A stretch of DNA of 31,216 nt, from contig DXJL01000195.1 in assembly GCA_019057635.1 (NCBI GenBank), forward strand, positions 1 through 31,216. The letters run 5' to 3'. Positions 8,707 to 16,253 of this stretch are shown here, piece after piece. Position 1 is the stretch's first letter, and every line of letters starts with the position of its first letter. Source of the DNA: Candidatus Heimdallarchaeota archaeon. Its GTDB lineage: Archaea; Asgardarchaeota; Heimdallarchaeia; Hodarchaeales; Hodarchaeaceae. A program made the translations under genes and the position numbers. Below the pieces are notes generated by a model, which did no database searches, was not told the DNA's origin, and saw only the letters and a program-made list of their open reading frames with translations.

Positions 8707-9093
8707 TTATACAAACAGGCTGATGTAAAGTGGTAAAGTTGAGAGGCCTAATACAATCATAGCTGCTCCTGTAGCTGCCCGAGTCCATCCTGTTATTTGC
8801 CTTTTCCTTTCATCACGCTGAATTTCTCTTTGCATTTGAGGTGTCCAAATTGCACCAAATCCTGAAGAGTATGAGGAATAAATCAAAAAGCGTGGGATCC
8901 CAACTATAATTTGTAAAGTCCCATAAATTAACAAAAGTCCTTTTACAAGGCAATCGGTTTCACTAGTTGTAATGCATAATTAGACCCCACCAATGATGCC
9001 AAATCCCCCAAGTAACACAGAAGCCTTAACTAGAAATAATATGATATATCTTAATTCTTCCGTACCACCCTCGATTGGTATATTTCTATCCAT
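8707..9093 (-). pseudogene. Small membrane protein gene with an internal in-frame TAA (8980-8982)
   Basis: The frame of ORF 8934..8707 continues upstream: MDRNIPIEGGTEELRYIILFLVKASVLLGGFGIIGGV*LCITTSETDCLVKGLLLIYGTLQ...; GTGGT precedes ATG 9093. Confidence 0.55.
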
Positions 9094-9229
9094 TTCATAC
9101 CACATTGATATTTTTATCTGGAAACATTTCACCCAGATTCGATAGTCAGTTTATAAGTAGAGTATCAAATGTTTTTCTTCTTTTCATTTTAATTTCACTT
9201 CCTGGAGATATTTAAAATACAGCGAGACT

Positions 9230-9361
9230 ATGACATGGAAATATCGAAAAAAGGCTTCACTTGAAAGTCATATCCTAGCCTTTGCCGCTGAAGAATCCCG
9301 CCTGCGGAAGAAAGTAATATCTTTCGAGGAATTCAGAAAACTCGCATTTTCAGAGAAATAA
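9230..9361 (+). CDS. Possible 43-aa basic small protein
   Basis: Read by hand: MTWKYRKKASLESHILAFAAEESRLRKKVISFEEFRKLAFSEK. Below the ORF-track cutoff; no recognised family. Confidence 0.35.
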   Translation: MTWKYRKKASLESHILAFAAEESRLRKKVISFEEFRKLAFSEK

Positions 9362-9503
9362 TAATTCAGAAATTTTTCTACACACTAATTACTTGTATCC
9401 AGATTGGTTTCTTTTTTATACCTGAATTTTATAGTCAAATCTTCATACTGCAGAAGAAGAAAAACTTTTCAGTTCAGTTTTACGTGCAAAGGTATGGATA
9501 AGC

Positions 9504-11252
9504 ATGGCAACAACATTTTTTCATCCAACAAAAGAAACTTGGATGACATCTTTTAGAGAGAATAAACCAATTGTTTTTCTCTTTCAGGATAAACTTTGCC
9601 CTGCTTGTTATTCCTTTGAACAAACAGTTCTTTCAGACCCTGAAGTGCAAGAATATTTATTTTCCAATTTCTTACCTCTTCATCTTGATATTAACAGGTT
9701 TCCTGATTTGTATGAACGGTTTGCTGGGAATAACTTTCTTGTCCACACAATTCAAGCAATTAAAGGAAATCTGCTTGGTTCATGCAACAATCTTTCTGTC
9801 TCGCAATTCCTAAAAAATCTTCATCAGTATAAACAATTAGACCAACAGATTCAGGATCCATTTCAGGATGTATTGACTCTCCAAGATTTTTCACCTCTAA
9901 TTCAAGAAGAAGCCAAGAGATTTCACGAAAAAATTGATTTAATTTCGGAAATCACTCTTTCTGCATTATTAGGTGCATACGATTCGATGTACGGTGGATG
10001 GGCAGTTCAAAAACATAAGATCTATCCAAGTTCTGCTTTGGACTTCCTACTATTATTTCATCAACGTTCTCAAGATGAAGAACTTCTTAAAATTATAATT
10101 CAAACACTTCGTGCAACATATCGAGGTTTATTCGACAAACAAAATGGCGGGTTCTTTGAAAGCGCAAATCGCGACTGGAAAACGGTATTATCCTTCAAAA
10201 AATCTTTAGAAAATAATGTTTCAGCCGCACGAACCCTTTTTCATTCCTATCAGCTGACTCTTGATCCATATTATCTTGATAAAATTCGAGAAACTCTGGT
10301 CTTTTGTCTGAGCGATTTATGGAATAAGAAGCAAGGTCTATTTAACTATGGATTACTGGCTCATCCCCTATATGACCTTACAAATGAACTCTTTCTCTCA
10401 AGGGGCAACTGCGAAATTATAAGCTTATTATATGAAGTGGAAGGGATAATAGACCTTCCTACTCCAAAGAAAGAATTGGATAAGATCAAATCCAGTGTTT
10501 TGAAGCGATTAAGAAAGAGTGAAACTCCTTATGGTATCCCCCATGAACTGAGTTCAGGTAAACGTCATCCCTATAAACAATTTCTTCTCCAGGATCAAGC
10601 AGCGTATCTGAATCTCTTTATTCAACTTTATTCTTTTACTGGAAGAGTTATTTATCGAAACAGAGCCATATCATTTGTAAACCTAATTATAGAGCACTAC
10701 TTCGATCAAAAGAACAATCTTTTCAAAGATCGTGTGTCAATCCCAGAAACAGACTTTGGTCCTTTAAAGAAGAATTTATTTCCAATTCGTGATAATGCAT
10801 TTATGGTTAACAGCCTTGTGACCCTTTCTCATTTAACTGAAAATCCCACTCATCGTCCATATCGCGAATTAGCAACGAATTGTGTCACATCGTATTATTC
10901 TAATTTTGGTATTTCTCGTGAAGCCCCCTTTCCACCTGAATTTGTAATTGCGAATCAACGATTAATTGAGAGCGCAATTGAATTAGTAATAATCGGTTCT
11001 ATTAAGGATAAAAAAACCCAACAACTAATGATTGAAATGAAAAAAATTTATGATCCATTCAGCATAATTGAGTTATTCGATCCAAGCAAGGACAAGCAAA
11101 CGATGGAACTTAAATTTAAAGATTATAACTTCCCCAATCCCCCCCTTGCATTTATAAAAATCGATAGTACATTCTCCCCTCCTGCATATCATCCTAAAGA
11201 GATATCAATTATGCTTCAGAGACTTCTTGATGCAATTAGATCGGATGTATAA
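9504..11252 (+). CDS. Thioredoxin-domain / (alpha/alpha)6-barrel protein (YyaL/SSP411, DUF255-like)
   Basis: N-terminal CPAC with P.V..YL..NF.P...D....PDL; YD..YGGW...K.YP; D...GGFF....DW; K.LENN; FL.DQA. Confidence 0.8.
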   Translation: MATTFFHPTKETWMTSFRENKPIVFLFQDKLCPACYSFEQTVLSDPEVQEYLFSNFLPLHLDINRFPDLYERFAGNNFLVHTIQAIKGNLLGSCNNLSVSQFLKNLHQYKQLDQQIQDPFQDVLTLQDFSPLIQEEAKRFHEKIDLISEITLSALLGAYDSMYGGWAVQKHKIYPSSALDFLLLFHQRSQDEELLKIIIQTLRATYRGLFDKQNGGFFESANRDWKTVLSFKKSLENNVSAARTLFHSYQLTLDPYYLDKIRETLVFCLSDLWNKKQGLFNYGLLAHPLYDLTNELFLSRGNCEIISLLYEVEGIIDLPTPKKELDKIKSSVLKRLRKSETPYGIPHELSSGKRHPYKQFLLQDQAAYLNLFIQLYSFTGRVIYRNRAISFVNLIIEHYFDQKNNLFKDRVSIPETDFGPLKKNLFPIRDNAFMVNSLVTLSHLTENPTHRPYRELATNCVTSYYSNFGISREAPFPPEFVIANQRLIESAIELVIIGSIKDKKTQQLMIEMKKIYDPFSIIELFDPSKDKQTMELKFKDYNFPNPPLAFIKIDSTFSPPAYHPKEISIMLQRLLDAIRSDV

Positions 11253-11268
11253 CTATATTGAAATTTAG

Positions 11269-12561
11269 ATGAACATCTTGACACCAATTACAAAGTGGAA
11301 AGCTGAATACCTTACCATGACTGAAGGCCTCTTTTCACAGAAATTAGGTCAAACGTTTAAGTCAGGGGAACGTCTTGAACTTACTCCTGACCAAATTCTT
11401 ACTAATGAAATGCTTGCTGCTGTAGTAATCCCAAAAATGAAGATCTTAAAAGCCAGCTCAATTCATGGATCTTTGAGTAGGGATTCGATCAAATGTTTTA
11501 TGGATCATGGGGGTGTAGGAACAAATACTGCTTATGTTAATCTCCATCAATCTATCCGTGAATTTTGTTTAAAACATGGATTACCGTTTTACGAACCTGG
11601 TACTGGAATTGGTCACATTCTCTTAGCGGAACTCGGTGCTGTATCACCTGGTGATGTCATTATGGGTACAGATTCTCACACAACTACTCATGGTGCATTA
11701 AACACTTTTTCGCAGGGAATTGGAGGAAGTGATTTACTGGAAATTCTAATTACTGGAAAAACTTGGTTAACAGTTCCCTCAGCTATCCGCATGAATTTAA
11801 AAGGAAAATTACAGGGATATTCATCAGCAAAGGATGTAGCATTATCTCTGTTAAAAAAATTTGGATTAGATTTCGCTGTGGGATATTCGGTCGAATTCAC
11901 GTGTCCGTTGGACTTCTCGATTGCGAGTAGGCAAACTATGGCAAACATGGTGGCTGAATTGGGTGCCACTTCAGGTATTTTTCCATTCGACGCTACATTA
12001 GAACAATTTCTAACTCAGCTTCATCTAGAGCGTATACCTAGACCAGTCACCATGGGAAGTGAGGCCATATATGAGAGGGAGGAAATCTGTGATTTAACGA
12101 CTGTAATCCCACTAGTTGCAAAACCACACCGACCCAATAATGTTGTTCCAGCTTGTGAACTATCTGATATCGTCCCAGATCAAATCTATATAGGAAGTGG
12201 TACAAATTCTCGGATTGAGGATCTTCGAGTAGTTGGAAAAATCCTCAGAACGAACACAGTGAGAATAAGTACGCTTATTTCACCTGGTTCTCATTCCATC
12301 TTTCAGCAAGCAGAAAATGAGGGATTAATCAAAATTTTTCTGGATGCAGAATGCAAAATTATCTATCCTGGATGTAATGCGTGTTTTGGGGGATCAATTG
12401 GCCTCTTGGGAAAGGGAATGATTGGATTATCAACAACTAATCGAAATTTTGAGGGAAGAATGGGAGGAGATGAAACAACAAATGTCTATCTTGCTTCGCC
12501 AGCAACAGCAGCTGCATCAGCCATCTCAGGAAGAATTTTTGATCCAGGGGTGAACCAATGA
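11269..12561 (+). CDS. Aconitase-family (LeuC/HacA-like) hydro-lyase large subunit with an atypical Fe-S ligand set
   Basis: DH, GIGH, GTDSHT.T.GA, ANM.AE.GA, IGSGTN (canonically IGSCTN), PGCNAC.G, STTNRNFEGRMG, YLASP..AAASA. The true start may be Met at 11317. Confidence 0.9.
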   Translation: MNILTPITKWKAEYLTMTEGLFSQKLGQTFKSGERLELTPDQILTNEMLAAVVIPKMKILKASSIHGSLSRDSIKCFMDHGGVGTNTAYVNLHQSIREFCLKHGLPFYEPGTGIGHILLAELGAVSPGDVIMGTDSHTTTHGALNTFSQGIGGSDLLEILITGKTWLTVPSAIRMNLKGKLQGYSSAKDVALSLLKKFGLDFAVGYSVEFTCPLDFSIASRQTMANMVAELGATSGIFPFDATLEQFLTQLHLERIPRPVTMGSEAIYEREEICDLTTVIPLVAKPHRPNNVVPACELSDIVPDQIYIGSGTNSRIEDLRVVGKILRTNTVRISTLISPGSHSIFQQAENEGLIKIFLDAECKIIYPGCNACFGGSIGLLGKGMIGLSTTNRNFEGRMGGDETTNVYLASPATAAASAISGRIFDPGVNQ

Positions 12562-13115
12562 GTAACTCTGCATACCCTGATATACTTTCAATAACTGGAA
12601 TCATTATTACATGCGGGGATAACATCAATACTGATCTGATTATGCCCTCTCAATATTTAGACAATCCAAATCCAAGTTATTTCTCTCAATTTGTCATGAG
12701 TGGTCAAGATCCTGAATTTGTAAACAAAATTCAGAAAATACATGGTCAATTTGAACTTCCGGCAATATTGGTAGCGGGAACAAACTTTGGATCAGGTTCC
12801 TCTCGGGAACAAGCTCCTGCAGGGCTAAAGTACATTGGAATAGCAGCAATTGTGGCAGAATCTTTTGGTTCCATATTCTTCAGAAATGCTATCAATGTAG
12901 GGTTACCAGTCATAACCGTTCCAAATATCACTAAGATGGTAAAAAATGGAATATCTGTTAAGATAAATTTAAGAAAAGGGTTTTTAGATATTTTAGAACA
13001 GAATTCTAAGAAGATTCACTTTAAACCTCTAGAACCATTTTTATTACGACGATTGGAATCAGGTGGATTAATACCTGAACTCAAACAACAATTAAAATCC
13101 TCAAATAAATACTAA
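12558..13115 (+). CDS. Aconitase-family (LeuD/HacB-like) small subunit
   Basis: GDNINTDLI.P, NFGSGSSREQA, AESF..IFFRNAINVGLP, GGL; ATGA overlap with the large subunit. Confidence 0.9.
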   Translation: MSNSAYPDILSITGIIITCGDNINTDLIMPSQYLDNPNPSYFSQFVMSGQDPEFVNKIQKIHGQFELPAILVAGTNFGSGSSREQAPAGLKYIGIAAIVAESFGSIFFRNAINVGLPVITVPNITKMVKNGISVKINLRKGFLDILEQNSKKIHFKPLEPFLLRRLESGGLIPELKQQLKSSNKY

Positions 13116-13157
13116 AATAGAAAATTGATGGGTTCTTGGACTAATATTTCTGAATAA

Positions 13158-13415
13158 TCAATCCAGTTCTGGAAGATTATTATGTGAGCCATCACAGATC
13201 GGAGGATTTTGTGTATATTTGCATTGGCACAAATGAACGGTTTTAGATGTTTTAACTTGATAAGAGAGAGGTTTAATCCCAGTCCCTCTATGAGACCCAT
13301 CACAGAATGGTTTACTCTTAGATCGTCCACAGGTACACCAGTAGTATGTTTTCCCTACCTCAAGAAATACATCAGCGGGATATCTAAAGGCAACTTGTGG
13401 ATTTTCTGGTACCAA
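13158..13415 (-). CDS. CDGSH iron-sulfur domain protein with two CDGSH motifs (MiNT/CISD3-like)
   Basis: WCTCGRSKSKPFCDGSH and LCQCKYTQNPPICDGSH. Confidence 0.92.
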   Translation of the reverse strand: MVPENPQVAFRYPADVFLEVGKTYYWCTCGRSKSKPFCDGSHRGTGIKPLSYQVKTSKTVHLCQCKYTQNPPICDGSHNNLPELD

Positions 13416-13621
13416 ACTATCGACTCAAAATCTTTTTTTACGTTTAATTCAACAAAATAGATCTAATTATAAAATCAACTCTATTCATTTACAAATATAT
13501 TTTAGATTTAAAGAAAAAACATATCAGAAAAACGGTACTGGATACTTATCGTCTCTAGATAAAATTACTTAGAATACGAAGTACAGAAAACTTTTGGTTT
13601 CTCCTACAAAGGTGGAAGTAT

Positions 13622-14830
13622 ATGCGAGTGGTCGTCATAGGGTCAGGACATGCAGGATTCACTGCGGTGAATACATTCCTCAAAAATGAGGAAGATCTGG
13701 AGATCACGATGATTACTGAAGATCCATATCCTTTTTACCCCCGTCCTATCATCTACAAGATAATACGGGGAGAAAAACCAGAAAACGTTATTAGATATCC
13801 CAAGAAATGGTATATTGACCATAACATTAATCTTATACTTAACAAAAGAGTAACGGGGATTGAAAACAAGGATAATTTTGTTACTATAGAGGACGGTGCC
13901 AAATTATCTTATGACAAACTGCTCATTACTACAGGGTCTAAACCCTTTATTCCCCCCATTCCTGGCATTCATGATGGTCCCGTTTATTGTTTACGATCCA
14001 TAGATGATGCATTGAAAATTCGTAAAAAAGCTCTCAATTGTGAGACGAAGAAAGCAACTATTCTGGGAGGTGGATTGTTATCTGTAGAATTAGCAAAAGC
14101 ACTTTCAGAAATTGGAATAGCTCCCACAATTATCGATAGATCTCCTTATTTGCTCAGAAAACAATTGGATGGAGAAGGAGGATATTTCTTCAATAAAATT
14201 CTGGATAAATCTCTGGACACACGATTTCTCTTTAACTCCACATGTCAAAAAATTCAGAGAAATGGAGAGAAAATGACCATTGAAATTAAAGATGTAATTG
14301 GGGTATCTAAGTATAAATGTGAGTTCCTTCTCAACGCGACTGGTATACAAAATGACAATAGTCTTGCAAATAAAGCTGGACTAACATTAGGGAAATATGC
14401 GATTAGTGTAGATCCTCATATGAAAACTTCGATGAAGAATATTTATGCTGCAGGTGATGCTGTAGATATAGGGTCATTTCCAGGATCAAAATTTGGTATC
14501 ATTCCAACCGCCATAGACCAAGCACGGATCGCAGCCCTAAATATCCTTGGGACTGAAATCCAATATCCTGGAACTGTTCCTTGGACAACCCTTAAGGTGG
14601 CAGGAATAGACTTAACATCAATAGGAGATGTAACAATGGAATCTGGGGTGGAAGAAAAAGGAGTAGTTCTTGATTTTGATAAAGGAATCTATCGGAAACT
14701 TTTTTTCAAGAATCAGAAACTGAGAGGAGTAATATTAATTGGAACGCGAGAGAATCTCCGTTCATTAAAAGATCTTATAATGAAAAAAGCTTCATTTCAG
14801 GAAGTAAAAAACGAGCTAAATTTAGCTTAA
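13622..14830 (+). CDS. NAD(P)/FAD-dependent oxidoreductase (NADH:rubredoxin/ferredoxin reductase-like, NirB N-terminal family)
   Basis: VIGSGHAG, YDKLLITTGS.P..PPIPG, ILGGGLL..E, TS..NIYAAGD, LKVAGIDL.SIG; GGTGGA RBS. Confidence 0.88.
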   Translation: MRVVVIGSGHAGFTAVNTFLKNEEDLEITMITEDPYPFYPRPIIYKIIRGEKPENVIRYPKKWYIDHNINLILNKRVTGIENKDNFVTIEDGAKLSYDKLLITTGSKPFIPPIPGIHDGPVYCLRSIDDALKIRKKALNCETKKATILGGGLLSVELAKALSEIGIAPTIIDRSPYLLRKQLDGEGGYFFNKILDKSLDTRFLFNSTCQKIQRNGEKMTIEIKDVIGVSKYKCEFLLNATGIQNDNSLANKAGLTLGKYAISVDPHMKTSMKNIYAAGDAVDIGSFPGSKFGIIPTAIDQARIAALNILGTEIQYPGTVPWTTLKVAGIDLTSIGDVTMESGVEEKGVVLDFDKGIYRKLFFKNQKLRGVILIGTRENLRSLKDLIMKKASFQEVKNELNLA

Positions 14831-14864
14831 ACAGTGAAGCAACAACGATCGGAGTATGTGGTAA

Positions 14865-15950
14865 ATGAACAAGCAAGAAGCACAGTATATTCCTGCAGAC
14901 ACACTTGTCAATTTCATGAAAGATGTTTTCATTAAGTTAGATGTGCCAGTAAAGGACGCTGAAATTTGTGCGGATGTTTTAATTCGAAGTGATTTACGTG
15001 GGATAGAGAGTCACGGATGTCAGCGTTTAAAAATGTATTATGATCGAATTGTACAAGGCGTTCAATCCCCAAAGACCAACCTCACAATCCTAAAGGAAAC
15101 AGCGACTACTGCAAGAATTGATGCGGGCCACGGAATGGGTCATGTTGCAGCGTATCGGGGAATGAAATTAGCTATTAAAAAAGCAAAAGAATTTGGAACA
15201 GGAGCTGTATCTGTTGGAAATAGTACGCATTATGGTATTGCGGGTTATTATTCCTTAATGGCAATAAAGGAAGGAATGATCGGAATTACTTGTACAAATG
15301 CAAGGCCTTCCATTGCTCCCACATTTGGAGTAGATGCAATGATGGGTACTAATCCACTAACCATTGGAGTTCCCACGGATGAGGAATTCCCTTTTTTAAT
15401 CGACTGTGCTACATCAATAACTCAGCGGGGAAAGGTTGAGGTTAAAGCTCGCACTAATGAACCAGTTCCTGAAGGATGGGTTACTACAGATGAGGGGGAG
15501 CTTGCAACCGATAGTAGACAGATCTTAGGGGATTTGATTAGTGGAGTCAACGCACTACTCCCACTTGGAGGAGCAGGTGAAATATTGGGTGGTCATAAAG
15601 GATATGGTTATGCAGCTGCTGTAGAAATTCTCTCTGCCGCATTGTCTGATGGACCATTCATGAAAGATTTAACTCTGGATAAAGGGTACAAACTTGGACA
15701 TTTTTTCCTTGCTATAGATATTGAAGGATTCCTTCCATTACAAACATTCAAAACGATAAGTGGATCTATCCTCCGCGGACTACGAGAATCTAAAAAAGCA
15801 CCTGGTCAGGATCGGATTTTCACGGCAGGTGAAAAAGAGTATATATCGGAAATTGAGCGGGAAAAGACGGGAATACCAATTATGCCATCTATCCTAGAAG
15901 ATCTTAAATTTCTTCAAAACGAATTGAATCTTTCAGAATACGCATTTTAA
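14865..15950 (+). CDS. Ldh2-family (malate/L-lactate/sulfolactate-type) oxidoreductase
   Basis: DLRGIESHG, NSTHYG.AGYY, GTNP...G.P, D.ATS...RGK, LLPLGG...GHKGYG, GE.E. Confidence 0.92.
   Translation: MNKQEAQYIPADTLVNFMKDVFIKLDVPVKDAEICADVLIRSDLRGIESHGCQRLKMYYDRIVQGVQSPKTNLTILKETATTARIDAGHGMGHVAAYRGMKLAIKKAKEFGTGAVSVGNSTHYGIAGYYSLMAIKEGMIGITCTNARPSIAPTFGVDAMMGTNPLTIGVPTDEEFPFLIDCATSITQRGKVEVKARTNEPVPEGWVTTDEGELATDSRQILGDLISGVNALLPLGGAGEILGGHKGYGYAAAVEILSAALSDGPFMKDLTLDKGYKLGHFFLAIDIEGFLPLQTFKTISGSILRGLRESKKAPGQDRIFTAGEKEYISEIEREKTGIPIMPSILEDLKFLQNELNLSEYAF
15876..15950 (+). repeat. Left copy of a 75-bp direct repeat (last 24 codons plus stop of the Ldh2 gene)
   Basis: 65/75 identical to 23358-23432 without gaps (hand alignment). 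Confidence 0.9.
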
Positions 15951-16038
15951 CACTTATTGTGGAAACCTAGCTGTGGATGGTGTTTGGATGTGACGAAAAT
16001 GAACCCTTTTTCTTCATGACCTGGACTGATAAGTACTA

Positions 16039-16061
16039 GTTGTCAGACAAATTTGTTCATG
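16039..16061 (+). repeat. Junction motif copy 3 (GTTGTCAGACAAATTTGTTCATG)
   Basis: Palindrome at 16040-16050; 20/23 identical to the reverse complement of copy 1, and its first 15 nt are identical to copy 2. Confidence 0.8.
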
Positions 16062-16199
16062 GACAAATATGCAGAGGAATTAAGAATTTGGAAAGGGGAT
16101 ATAAATGCATTTAATAGTGCTGTAGAAGATGCAGAAGAAATTTTTGGTCCACTAATAACAATCAGTCCTGAAGAGTCAATGATCAACGAAAGGGACTGA
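16059..16199 (+). pseudogene. 46-codon ORF, probably the 3' remnant of a larger gene
   Basis: (NLF)MDKYAEELRIWKGDINAFNSAVEDAEEIFGPLITISPEESMINERD*. Resembles the F..KY...L..W.GD...F......EIF C-terminal pattern I associate with Asgard longin-like domains (recognition by eye only). Confidence 0.45.
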
Positions 16200-16253
16200 T
16201 TTATTCAGCCTTTCTAGAAAATTAGAGGAATATTTCAAAACTGATGATAATTT

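Noticed and set aside
6280-8982. Stop-codon reassignment (TAA/TAG read as sense) explaining the in-frame stops
   Set aside because: Conserved genes in the window end normally at TAA and TAG (e.g. slyD, Ldh2, the ABC genes); ordinary nonsense mutations suffice.
5846-16061. CRISPR array or integron attC array built from the TTGTCAGACAA motif
   Set aside because: Only three copies, kilobases apart and in mixed orientation; no regular spacers, no cas or intI gene, and no RYYYAAC/GTTRRRY box pair.
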